Source: an uncultured archaeon (GTDB lineage Archaea > Nanobdellota > Nanobdellia > Pacearchaeales > GW2011-AR1). From it: a DNA stretch of 64,000 nucleotides. The first letter of the stretch is position 1. Each line of letters opens with the position of its first letter. The notes below the pieces were generated by a model. The model worked only from the letters and a program-made list of their open reading frames with translations, had not been told where the DNA came from and ran no database searches. Made by a program: the position numbers and the translations under genes. Below are positions 53,729-62,940 of this stretch, piece after piece. The DNA lies in assembly GCA_903866625.1 (NCBI GenBank), contig CAIPOI010000008.1, positions 72,674 to 136,673 on the forward strand, in the 5' to 3' direction.

Positions 53729-56082
53729 TTAGTTTACCTGTTTTTTTAGTTTCTTTTATTTTTCTTTTTATGAACCTTGCTTTTATTTGTGCTAGTCCTG
53801 AAATAAGTTCAGCAGTTACTCAAGATTTAGCCGCCAATGGCTCTTCTTTTGTTTTTATTAATAATTACTCTAGTGATAGTATTGTATCTGTTGAAATAAA
53901 TTCCTTAGAATTTAAATCTCTTGTAAAAAATCCTGATGTTGAAAGTATTATTCCTGTTGGAGTTAAGCATCTGGTATTACAAGATGCGATAAAGAATATT
54001 TCTGCAAACTCTTCTTGGTTGCTTCAACAAAATTCACTTAATCTTAGTGGAATTCATCAAACTGTTTGTGTTATTGATACTGGAGTTAATGCTTCTCATC
54101 CGGATTTATCTTCTAAGATAGTCGCTCAACACTGTTATTGTAGCGCTAATATTTACAGAGATTTTAATTGTTGCCCTAATGGTTTGGCTGAAGATAGTAA
54201 TGCTGAAGATGAAGATGGGCATGGAACTCATGTTTCGGGGATTGTGGCTGCTTCAGGTTTTATAAATGGGGTGGCGAAGGGCGCTAATCTTGCAGTAGTT
54301 AGAGTTTTTGATAACCAAACAGAAGCTGAAGCTTATGATAATGACATCTTAGATGCTATGCAATGGTGCATTGATAATTCTGGTAGTTATAATATCTCAG
54401 TCATAACTATGAGTCTTGGCGGCAATTATAATTATTCTAACTATTGTGATAGTAATGATAGTTTTGAAAGTAATAGTCTTTATGCTGCTAAAATAAACTC
54501 TGCTTTTCTGAAAAATATTTCTGTAACAATTGCTTCTGGAAATAGTGCTAATTATACTCATATTTCTTCTCCTGCTTGTGTTCAAAATGCAACTCCTGTT
54601 AGTTCTTCAACTAAATCGGATACAATATCCGGCTTTTCGAATCGTAATTGGATGGTTAAGCTATTTGCTCCTGGTGGCGATGGAACTCTTGGAGGAGCTA
54701 TAAATTCTACTTGTATTTCAGGAGATGATTATTATGTTGCGGGCTATTGTAGGAAACAAGGAACAAGCATGGCTACACCCATGGTTGCTGGGGCAATAGC
54801 TATCTTAAACGAATATCTTAATTTAACTAATCAGAAAAAAACTCCTAGTGATATAGAAAATATTTTGTGGCAGACTGGAAAAAATATTGTGGATTCTCAG
54901 AATGCTAGTCAGAATTTCTCAAGAATAAATATTTATTCTGCTCTTATGAATTTAGACAACCAGGCCCCATTGATTAGTTTGGTTTCTCCAGCTAATGATT
55001 CTATAGACGAGAATCAAAGCCAAACTTTTATATGTAATGCGAGCGATTGGCAACTTTATAATTTAAGTTTTTACCTCTGGAATTCTACTAATGATTTGGT
55101 TTATAATGAAACTAAAAGTTTATCTGGAACTTTTAATGAATCTTCTTTTTCAGTAAATAATCTTGATGGGAGCTATAAATGGGCATGTGAATCTTATGAT
55201 GTTCAAGGTAACAGAAATATTTCTGCAAATAATAGCCTCACTATTGCTTTTATAACTACAACTCTTAATTTTCCACAGAACAATACTAGTCAGACTAGTG
55301 CAGAATTTGAATTTAATTGTAGTTTTTCTACAAGTTTAAAATATAATCTTGTAAATTCAACCTTTTACCTTTGGAATTCCACTAATGACTTAATATATAG
55401 TGAAACTAAAAATATTTCTGGAGCCTCTAACTCTTCTTTTTTTAGTTATAATCTTTCTAACCGCGATAGCTATTTTTGGAATTGTCAAAGTTTTAATAAT
55501 AATACTAATTCTTCTTGGGCAAGTAAGAACTATTCTTTAACTTATGCTAGTCAAACAATAACTCATAGTTCTGGTGGCGGCGGTGGAGGAAGCTCTTTGC
55601 CCGCAACCATAAGCTTGGATAATGCTTCTTATTCTTTAGGGTATACAAAATCTCTTTATCGCGGAAGCAGTATTAAATTTAGCTTGGAAAATCAGAATCA
55701 TACTTTAAGTGTTAATAATGTTTCTTCAAATTTTGTCAATATTACTCTTTCAAGCGAGCCCATTAACTTTGCTCTTTTGGTGGGTCAAGAGAAAAAAATT
55801 AATCTAACTAACTCTGAATATTATGATTTAATTGTTAAGCTTAATTCTATAACTTATGGGCAGGCGAATATTACCCTGGAGAAAATTAATGAGCCTATTG
55901 TTAAAACTAGTTTGAACAGCAGTTCTCTTTATAATGTTAGTAATGGCTCGCCTAAAATTACCTTCGAAGCTAAGAACAAAAACAATTATATAGGGGTTTT
56001 AACTATTGTTATTATCCTCTTTTTAATAGTTATTTTAAAATTTAAAAAAAGAAAAGATAAAAGATATAAAAAATACAGATAA
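53707..56082 (+). CDS. Subtilisin-like serine protease (S8) with two Ig-like modules and C-terminal TM anchor
   Basis: Catalytic triad contexts VCVIDTGV (Asp), HGTHVSGIVAA (His), GTSMATPMVAGAIA (Ser). Signal peptide present. Two ~95-aa repeats (..LWNSTNDL.Y.ETK..SG..). GGGGGS tract. TM plus basic tail. Confidence 0.92.
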   Translation: MSSNSKLISLPVFLVSFIFLFMNLAFICASPEISSAVTQDLAANGSSFVFINNYSSDSIVSVEINSLEFKSLVKNPDVESIIPVGVKHLVLQDAIKNISANSSWLLQQNSLNLSGIHQTVCVIDTGVNASHPDLSSKIVAQHCYCSANIYRDFNCCPNGLAEDSNAEDEDGHGTHVSGIVAASGFINGVAKGANLAVVRVFDNQTEAEAYDNDILDAMQWCIDNSGSYNISVITMSLGGNYNYSNYCDSNDSFESNSLYAAKINSAFLKNISVTIASGNSANYTHISSPACVQNATPVSSSTKSDTISGFSNRNWMVKLFAPGGDGTLGGAINSTCISGDDYYVAGYCRKQGTSMATPMVAGAIAILNEYLNLTNQKKTPSDIENILWQTGKNIVDSQNASQNFSRINIYSALMNLDNQAPLISLVSPANDSIDENQSQTFICNASDWQLYNLSFYLWNSTNDLVYNETKSLSGTFNESSFSVNNLDGSYKWACESYDVQGNRNISANNSLTIAFITTTLNFPQNNTSQTSAEFEFNCSFSTSLKYNLVNSTFYLWNSTNDLIYSETKNISGASNSSFFSYNLSNRDSYFWNCQSFNNNTNSSWASKNYSLTYASQTITHSSGGGGGGSSLPATISLDNASYSLGYTKSLYRGSSIKFSLENQNHTLSVNNVSSNFVNITLSSEPINFALLVGQEKKINLTNSEYYDLIVKLNSITYGQANITLEKINEPIVKTSLNSSSLYNVSNGSPKITFEAKNKNNYIGVLTIVIILFLIVILKFKKRKDKRYKKYR

Positions 56083-56366
56083 TGAAACCATTAAAACCAA
56101 GTCATAGAGAGCATAAAAGATATTTATTAATTAGTGGAAGCGATGCAAATTCCTCTGCTGTAGATGAAGCCATACTAAGATTTGTGGGTATTCTCGGATA
56201 TGCTAAAGCTTCTCCTCAGATTGTTAAAGATGCTTATGGTAAGCATGGAAAGAAAATTATACTTTCTATAAATCGTTCTGAACTTGAAAAAGTTCGGGCT
56301 GCTTTGGTTTTTTCTGGAAAAGATTTCGTTGTTGAAAGTGTTTCAGGGATAATTGGGAAGCTGTAA
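56082..56366 (+). CDS. RNase P protein component Pop5 (Rpp14)
   Basis: MKPLKPSHREHKRYLLISG.. and size (94 aa) fit archaeal Pop5. The ATG shares one base with the subtilase stop (TAATG). Confidence 0.65.
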   Translation: MKPLKPSHREHKRYLLISGSDANSSAVDEAILRFVGILGYAKASPQIVKDAYGKHGKKIILSINRSELEKVRAALVFSGKDFVVESVSGIIGKL

Positions 56367-56410
56367 TTTAGACTAATTAACCTTAAATATAACCTTTCTT
56401 TTGAGTTAAT

Positions 56411-56710
56411 ATGAAAAAATTATCTTCCCTCTATTTATTGATTGGGAGCTTAGCTTTTTTTGGTTGCGATAATCTTTTTAACAAACCTCCAAAATCTTGT
56501 GAAGATGATCATTTTGTTTATTATATGAATAGGTATCATTGTGGTATAAATAAGAGCTTTTTTGGTAAACTTCCATTAAAAGATATTGATGGTGATGGTA
56601 CTAATGATTTTTATGTTGTAGCTAATGATGGTGTTATTGCGGCTCGGCTAACTTCTAAACGAGATGGACGTTGGTATTGCCTGGGAACTAATGGGGTCTT
56701 GAGAAGATAG
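56411..56710 (+). CDS. Small lipoprotein-like secreted protein with FG-GAP/Ca-binding-like DxDxDG motif
   Basis: ..LIGSLAFFGC.. lipobox-like Cys. ..DIDGDGTNDFYV... Confidence 0.5.
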   Translation: MKKLSSLYLLIGSLAFFGCDNLFNKPPKSCEDDHFVYYMNRYHCGINKSFFGKLPLKDIDGDGTNDFYVVANDGVIAARLTSKRDGRWYCLGTNGVLRR

Positions 56711-56859
56711 GGAAAAGTTTAAAAACTTCAAGATATACTAAATTTTGGAAAGGAAAATAAAAAATAAACTGATTATTCAGTTTTCTAGATATACTTTACA
56801 TAAATAAGAAGGAAAATAATTAATTAAATAATTCAACTAAATAAAAAGGTAAAGAAAAA

Positions 56860-57582
56860 ATGGAACAAGAAGCACAAAATCAAGCAATGGGTTATGATAG
56901 GGCTGCAACTATGTTTTCTCCAGAAGGGCATATACTCCAAGTAGAATATGCTGAGAAGACCGTTAGATTGGGTTCTGCGAGTATAGGCTTTGTTTGTTCT
57001 GATGGAGTTGTTATATTGGCTGATAAAAGGATAAATGATTCTTTAATTGTGCCCGAATCTGCAAATAAGATTTTTGAAATTGATAATAATATTATTGGAA
57101 CCGCTGCAGGAATTTTAAGCGATGCTCGAGTCCTTATAGACAGAGCCCAACTTTTAGCTCAGCAACATAGAGTTACTTATGATTCTCCTATAGATGTGGT
57201 TTCTGCAATAAAAGATTTAGCAGATGTAAAACAGCAATTTACCCAACACCCAGGAGTAAGACCTTTTGGAGTTTCATTAATGGTTGCAGGAGTGGATAAA
57301 AGAAACAAACTTTTTGTTTCAGATATAACGGGTAATTATTTTGAATACTTTGCTTCAGCTATTGGGGAAAATGATGATAAACTTAAGGAGCTTTTAAGGA
57401 AGGATTATAAAAAAGAAATGAAAATAGAAGAAGCTTTAAAGCTTGGATTAAGTATATTTAAAGAAATAAAAGGAAAAAACTTTAATGTTGAAAGTTTCGA
57501 TGCTGCTTATATCTCAAGCGAAGAGAAAGAGCATAAGGTCATAAGACTTAATACAGAAAAGTTGAAGAAATATTTGAAATAA
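56860..57582 (+). CDS. psmA: Proteasome alpha subunit
   Basis: ..GYDRAATMFSPEGHILQVEYA.. canonical alpha-subunit N-terminus. Confidence 0.95.
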   Translation: MEQEAQNQAMGYDRAATMFSPEGHILQVEYAEKTVRLGSASIGFVCSDGVVILADKRINDSLIVPESANKIFEIDNNIIGTAAGILSDARVLIDRAQLLAQQHRVTYDSPIDVVSAIKDLADVKQQFTQHPGVRPFGVSLMVAGVDKRNKLFVSDITGNYFEYFASAIGENDDKLKELLRKDYKKEMKIEEALKLGLSIFKEIKGKNFNVESFDAAYISSEEKEHKVIRLNTEKLKKYLK

Positions 57583-57594
57583 GGTTGAATTAAT

Positions 57595-57819
57595 ATGAAA
57601 AAAAAGAATATCGTTTCGTTAATATTAATCATGCTGGGTGTTCTTTTAGCAGCATATTTAATCTATGGTCCCTGTCCATTTCAAGATTATGCAAGTTGTG
57701 GTATGCGCGGTTTATTTATAATTTGGATTAGCTTTCCCCTAATTATCTTAGGAATTTTGATTTTTATAATTGGCTCAATAGTTCAAAAAGTTAAATCTAA
57801 AAACCCTGAAAATAAATAA
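57595..57819 (+). CDS. Small two-TM membrane protein (74 aa)
   Basis: Two hydrophobic helices. Similar architecture to 34128..34337 (..GSIVQKVKSKN vs ..GAVVGKIKSRN near the C-termini). Confidence 0.45.
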   Translation: MKKKNIVSLILIMLGVLLAAYLIYGPCPFQDYASCGMRGLFIIWISFPLIILGILIFIIGSIVQKVKSKNPENK

Positions 57820-57842
57820 TATTTATTAATAAAACAAAAAAA

Positions 57843-58535
57843 ATGCCAACAAAAATTGTTCCTGCAAAACTTAAAGTAGCTAATAAATTCTTTGAGATTC
57901 TTGTAGATGTCGAAGCTGCTGTTAAAATGAGAAAAGGCCTGCCTGTAAACATCCAAAATGTTCTTGCTGCTGATGGAGTTTTTACAAATGCAAAAACAGG
58001 AGCAAAACCTTCTGTGGCTGATATGACTGCGGCTTTTGGAACAACAGATATTTATGTAATTGCTGAGAGAATTGTAAAAAAAGGAGATATAGAAATACCT
58101 CAAGAGTTTAGAGACCAAGAACAAGAGAATAAAAGAAAGAAAGTTGTTGATTTTTTTGTTAGAAATGCTGTTGATGCTCGTTCTGGCAGACCTTTTACAC
58201 CCCAAATGATAGAGAATGCTATAAACCAAAAGGGCATAAATATTGATAATAAACCCTTAGATCAGCAGATTTCTGGTATAACAGAAGCTTTAAAAACTAT
58301 CCTTCCACTTAAAATTGAGACAAAAAAACTTATAATCACTCTTCCTGCAATATACACAGGAAAAGCCTACGGAGTCTTTAACGAATATAAGGAAAAAGAA
58401 GACTGGCTTTCAAATGGAGATTTGAAGGTTACAATAAATATTCCGGTTGGGTTACAATCAGAGTTTTATGATAAGTTAAACGCTATAACGCACGGAGCTG
58501 CGTTAAGTGAAGAAGTAAAAGAAATAAAAAAATAA
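57843..58535 (+). CDS. SBDS/Sdo1 ribosome maturation protein
   Basis: ..ANKFFEILVDVEAAVKMRKG.. FYSH-domain pattern. 230 aa. Conserved position upstream of rrp4. Confidence 0.85.
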   Translation: MPTKIVPAKLKVANKFFEILVDVEAAVKMRKGLPVNIQNVLAADGVFTNAKTGAKPSVADMTAAFGTTDIYVIAERIVKKGDIEIPQEFRDQEQENKRKKVVDFFVRNAVDARSGRPFTPQMIENAINQKGINIDNKPLDQQISGITEALKTILPLKIETKKLIITLPAIYTGKAYGVFNEYKEKEDWLSNGDLKVTINIPVGLQSEFYDKLNAITHGAALSEEVKEIKK

Positions 58536-58564
58536 AATCATATTCAAAATATTATAAATAAAAA

Positions 58565-59251
58565 ATGACAGAAAAAAAAGAAAAACGAGAAATTGTTATT
58601 CCTGGCGAGATTATCGCTAGCGAAGAGTTTTTGCCTGGAGATTGGACTATGAAACAAGGCAAGAATATTATCTCTACTAGATTAGGAATTGTTGAAAAAT
58701 CTGATAAACTTGTAAAAGTTATTCCTCTTTCTGGAGTATATATACCTCGATATGGTAATGTTGTTATTGGAGAAGTTAAAGATATTACAACTGCAGGATG
58801 GGTAGTAGATGTAAAAGGTCCTTATCAAGCATTTTTACCTCTTAGAGAGTGTCCGGGATTTGTTGAAGTTTCAGAAATGGAAAATGTTTATGGTATTGGA
58901 GACTTATTAGTTACAAAAATCTTTAATGTTGGAAGAACAAGCGTGGATTTAACTATGAAATCAAGAGATAGAAGCTTAAACAAAATAAGAGAAGGAACAA
59001 TTGTAACAGTTAATCCTCATAGAGTCCCAAGAGTAATTGGAAAAGAAGGAAGCATGATTACTTTAATAAAAAATGCAACAAAAACAAATATTACTGTTGG
59101 TCAAAATGGTTTAATTTGGGTTAGTGGAGAAAAAGTTGAAAGTGAACTTGCTGCTAAAAAGATTATAGAGTTTATTGTAGAAAATACCACCGCAGATGGA
59201 TTAACTGAGAAAGTTGAAAAATTTATAAAAGATTTGGAGGATAAAAAATAA
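58565..59251 (+). CDS. rrp4: Exosome cap subunit Rrp4 (S1 + KH)
   Basis: ..VIPGEIIASEEFLPG.., S1-like core, KH GxxG (..IGKEGSMITLIK..). Confidence 0.88.
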   Translation: MTEKKEKREIVIPGEIIASEEFLPGDWTMKQGKNIISTRLGIVEKSDKLVKVIPLSGVYIPRYGNVVIGEVKDITTAGWVVDVKGPYQAFLPLRECPGFVEVSEMENVYGIGDLLVTKIFNVGRTSVDLTMKSRDRSLNKIREGTIVTVNPHRVPRVIGKEGSMITLIKNATKTNITVGQNGLIWVSGEKVESELAAKKIIEFIVENTTADGLTEKVEKFIKDLEDKK

Positions 59252-59952
59252 TGGCATACACGAAAAGGTTTGATGGAAGAAAAACTGATGAGCTTAGAGA
59301 AACTTCTGCAAAAGTTGGCGTAGTTCCAAATGCAGATGGAAGCGCTATCTTTCAACAAGGTGATACAATTGCTATTGCTGCGGTTTATGGTCCAAAAATT
59401 TTGCATCCTAAAAATCAACAAAATCCTGAAAAAGGAGTGCTTAGAGTTCACTATAACATGTTATCTTTCTCTGTTGGAGAGAGAATAAAACCTGGAGTTT
59501 CAAGAAGAAGCCAAGAAATTTCAAAAGTTACTGAATGGGCTTTAGCACCAGTAGTGATGTTAGAAGAATTACCAGGAACAGTTATCGATGTTCATATAAA
59601 TATCTTACAAGCAAATGCAGGAACAAGATGTGCAGGAATTAATGCTGCTGCGATGGCTCTTGCTCACGCCGGAGTTCCTATGAAAGAAATGATTTCTGCT
59701 GTTGCTATCGGGCAAATGGGAACAACAATTGTTAGTGATGTTACCAAGGAAGAGGAAGATTATGAAGAAGATGGAGAAAAAGCCGCTACAGATATTCCAA
59801 TTGCAATGCTTTCAAATTCAGAAAAAATAACTTTACTTCAATTAGATGGACAATTACCTGTTAAGAAGATGAAAGAAGTTTTAGAAGCTGGAAGAGATGC
59901 TTGTAAAAAACTTCACGAAATTCAAAAAAATGCATTAAAGGAGTATAAATAA
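59251..59952 (+). CDS. rrp41: Exosome RNase PH subunit Rrp41
   Basis: ..RFDGRKTDELRE..ADGSA.. RNase PH fold. ATG overlaps the rrp4 stop. Confidence 0.92.
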   Translation: MAYTKRFDGRKTDELRETSAKVGVVPNADGSAIFQQGDTIAIAAVYGPKILHPKNQQNPEKGVLRVHYNMLSFSVGERIKPGVSRRSQEISKVTEWALAPVVMLEELPGTVIDVHINILQANAGTRCAGINAAAMALAHAGVPMKEMISAVAIGQMGTTIVSDVTKEEEDYEEDGEKAATDIPIAMLSNSEKITLLQLDGQLPVKKMKEVLEAGRDACKKLHEIQKNALKEYK

Positions 59953-59953
59953 A

Positions 59954-60799
59954 ATGACCTATAAAATAACTAAAAAAAGCGCATTGAAGATTCTTGCTGC
60001 TGGAAAAAGATTTGATAGTAGAGGAATGTTTGAGAACAGAAACATCGAGGTAAAATTTGGAGTTTCAAATAAAGCTGAAGGAAGTGTTATGGTTAAGATG
60101 GGTAATACTCAGGTTGCTTGTGGAATAAAAATGGGAGTTTCAACACCTTACACAGATCATGAAAACGAAGGAACAATGATGACTTCTATGGAATTATTGC
60201 CTCTAGCTTCACCTAATTTTGAGTATGGCCAACCTTCAATAGAAAGTGTTGAATCTGCAAGAATTATTGATAGAGGAATTCGTGAAAGCGGATTTATAGA
60301 TTTCAAAAAACTTTGTATTAAAGAAGGTGAAAAAGTTTGGAGCATTTTTGTTGATATTGCTGTAATCAACGACGATGGAAACTTGATTGATGCTGGTTCT
60401 TTAGCTGCTTTGTTAGCTTTGCTTACTGCTCGAAAACCTGTTTATGATGAAAAAACAGAAAAAATAAGCTTTGGAGAATTTACGGATGATGCTTTACCTT
60501 TGAATAAAGATAAAATGCCGGTTACAATGACTTTTTTTAAAGTTGATGATCATATGTTGGTAGATCCTACTCGTGAAGAAGAAGATGTTTGTGATGGTAG
60601 ACTCACTGTTGAAATTTCAAAGCCTGGCAAAGAAGAGATTATTAATGCTATGCAGAAGGGTGGAGAAGCAACATTTAGTGTAGAAGAAGTTGAGAACATT
60701 GTAAATGAAGGAACAAAAATCTTTAAAAAACTAAATTCCCTTATTGAAACTGAAGTAGAAAAGTTTGAAAAAGAGGGAAAAAAGAAATCAAAGAAATAA
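59954..60799 (+). CDS. rrp42: Exosome RNase PH subunit Rrp42
   Basis: ..GKRFDSRGMFENR..AEGS.. Second RNase PH-like subunit, 281 aa. Confidence 0.9.
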   Translation: MTYKITKKSALKILAAGKRFDSRGMFENRNIEVKFGVSNKAEGSVMVKMGNTQVACGIKMGVSTPYTDHENEGTMMTSMELLPLASPNFEYGQPSIESVESARIIDRGIRESGFIDFKKLCIKEGEKVWSIFVDIAVINDDGNLIDAGSLAALLALLTARKPVYDEKTEKISFGEFTDDALPLNKDKMPVTMTFFKVDDHMLVDPTREEEDVCDGRLTVEISKPGKEEIINAMQKGGEATFSVEEVENIVNEGTKIFKKLNSLIETEVEKFEKEGKKKSKK

Positions 60800-60800
60800 A

Positions 60801-61307
60801 ATGTTAGAACAATTAGAAGAAAAGTTTTCAAAATATGAAATTGCAAGAATAGTTGGAGCAAGAGCATTGCAAATTGCTATGGACGCGCCTTTACTTTTGA
60901 AAGTTCCTGAGAAAGAATTAGAAGAAATAAACTATAATCCTATTGAATTAGCTAAAAGAGAGTTAAGCGCGGGGGTTTTACCTATTACTGTAAATAGACC
61001 CTTACCTAAGAAAAAAGATTCTAAGATTAAGAAGCTCACTCAAGAAGAAGTTGAAGAATTAAGAAAGAGAGAAGAAGCCAAGAAGATTGAAGCCGAAAAA
61101 TTAAAGAAAGAAGCTGAAAAGAAAGCAGAAAAAGAAATTAAAGAAGTAAAGGTTGAAGCTGAAGAAGTTAAAGAAAAAGCAGAAACCGAAGAGTCTGAAG
61201 CTGTTGAAGTTGAGAAAGAAGGAGAAGAAGATGAGATTATGGAACTTGCTACTCCTGAAGATGAAGTTGAAGAGTCAAGTTCTAGTTCTGAAGACGAGGG
61301 CGTTTAA
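60801..61307 (+). CDS. rpoK: RNA polymerase subunit K (Rpo6) with ~100-aa Lys/Glu-rich C-terminal extension
   Basis: ..FSKYEIARIVGARALQIAMDAPLL..PIELAKRELSAGVLPITV.. is the Rpo6/omega core. Start set at ATG 60801, 1 nt after the rrp42 stop. The tail is KE-repeats ending in an acidic/Ser cluster. Confidence 0.85.
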   Translation: MLEQLEEKFSKYEIARIVGARALQIAMDAPLLLKVPEKELEEINYNPIELAKRELSAGVLPITVNRPLPKKKDSKIKKLTQEEVEELRKREEAKKIEAEKLKKEAEKKAEKEIKEVKVEAEEVKEKAETEESEAVEVEKEGEEDEIMELATPEDEVEESSSSSEDEGV

Positions 61308-61389
61308 TTCTTTTATAGAGTTTTATTCTAAACTTTTAAATACTGAAATTTCTTAATACTCCTATGATTCAAAACAGGTGTAGCTTCAC

Positions 61390-62565
61390 ATGAAATTAAA
61401 AGAGGTTAGTGCAAGAGTTATAAAAGATTCTAGAGGGGAGAAAACTATTCTTGTTAGTGTTAATGGCTGTTTGAGCTCTTCTCCTAGTGGAAAATCTACT
61501 GGAAAATATGAAGCAAAACCTTATCGCCATGGTGTAGAGCATGATGTTGCTTTTATTAATAATATGAGATTTTCTAGAGAAATAAATAAGTTTGAGGATT
61601 TGGAATTTTTAGAAAATTATGTAGCTAAACAGATTGGCGCAAACACCATGTTTGCTCTCGAAGCTTCAGTTTTAAAGGCTTTAGCTAAATCTCAAGGCAA
61701 AGAGTTATGGCAACTGCTTAATCCGGCTATAAATCCGAAAAAAGCAAAATTCCCACGTATCCTAAGTAATACTATTGGTGGTGGAGCACATTCTAATAAC
61801 ATTAGGCATCCTGATTTTCAAGAGTTTTTAATAACTTCAAATAATAATCCTACTAAATCAAAGGAAATAAACGAAAATGCTTATTGTCAAGCCAAAACAA
61901 TTTTAAAAAATCTTGAGCAGAAAGAAATAGAAAAAAATGATGAAAATGCTTTACAGACTTCTTTTGAAAACGAAAAGGTTTTAGAAGTTATGAAGGATTT
62001 GCAAGAAGATATTCATGATGAAAAATCCGTACATATTGATATTGGTTTAGATGTTGCCAGCTCACAGTTTTTTATTAATGGGAAATATGGTTATAAAAAT
62101 CCTAAGAAAAACTTAACTCGCGAACAACAGATTGATTATATTGCTGAACTTATAAAAAAATATAATATTTTTTATGTTGAAGATGCACTTGATGAAGAAG
62201 ATTTTGAAGGTTTTGCAGAACTACTAAAGAAAACTAAGGGTGAATGTTTGATTTGTGGAGATGATTTAACAACAACAAATCTTGAGCGAGTCAAGATTGC
62301 TATAAAGAAGAAAGCAATAAACGCAATTATTGTTAAACCCAATCAGATAGGAAGTTTACTCGAGGTTAAAAAAGTTATTGAACTCGCAAAGAAAAATGGG
62401 TTATTTGTAATTATTTCTCATCGTTCTGGTGAGACTATTGATAATACTATTGGAGATTTGGCCTTTGCTTGGGGTGCAGATTTTATTAAAACTCCTGTTA
62501 TTGGTGTCGAGAGATTGGCTAAGGTTGATAGGCTGATTGAGATAGAGAAGAGTTTAGGGAGATAA
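61390..62565 (+). CDS. eno: Enolase (short form, 391 aa)
   Basis: ..ARVIKDSRGEKT.., ..DVASSQF.., ..VEDALDEEDFEGF.., ..VKPNQIGSL.., ..SHRSGET... Confidence 0.9.
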   Translation: MKLKEVSARVIKDSRGEKTILVSVNGCLSSSPSGKSTGKYEAKPYRHGVEHDVAFINNMRFSREINKFEDLEFLENYVAKQIGANTMFALEASVLKALAKSQGKELWQLLNPAINPKKAKFPRILSNTIGGGAHSNNIRHPDFQEFLITSNNNPTKSKEINENAYCQAKTILKNLEQKEIEKNDENALQTSFENEKVLEVMKDLQEDIHDEKSVHIDIGLDVASSQFFINGKYGYKNPKKNLTREQQIDYIAELIKKYNIFYVEDALDEEDFEGFAELLKKTKGECLICGDDLTTTNLERVKIAIKKKAINAIIVKPNQIGSLLEVKKVIELAKKNGLFVIISHRSGETIDNTIGDLAFAWGADFIKTPVIGVERLAKVDRLIEIEKSLGR

Positions 62566-62603
62566 TTCGAAATCTTTAATAAGCCTTGTTCTAAAAGAAT
62601 TTT

Positions 62604-62882
62604 ATGAAACTAAAAGATTATCTTGCTGAAAGGTTCCATGAAGTTGGACTCAGGGTTACATATCGGAGGTTCAAGCATCAAGCGCAACTTTATGATTGGA
62701 GAAGGGGAATAGTAGATCTTATGGCTCATAGAAATCTCAAAAAAGCTGTAAGATTGGGTTTGAGATATGTTTTAGATGCTCCTACTGTTTCTGATAGTGA
62801 TAAAAAACTCTTGGAAAAGTTAATAATGGATTTAAATAATCAAAATCTTAGCAGTATTCTCTCTGAAATAAGGACTTATTAA
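62604..62882 (+). CDS. Hypothetical protein (92 aa)
   Basis: Intact ORF, Arg-rich helical. No motif recognised. Confidence 0.45.
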   Translation: MKLKDYLAERFHEVGLRVTYRRFKHQAQLYDWRRGIVDLMAHRNLKKAVRLGLRYVLDAPTVSDSDKKLLEKLIMDLNNQNLSSILSEIRTY

Positions 62883-62940
62883 TCTTAAAACTTTATTCCA
62901 TAAACTTTAAAAATAGGTTCTATATTAATTGTTTTGTAAA

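Noticed and set aside
61153-61356. 67-aa alternative-frame ORF in the rpoK tail.
   Set aside because: It is the Lys-rich frame shadow of the KE-repeat coding region. The rpoK frame is continuous with the conserved Rpo6 core.
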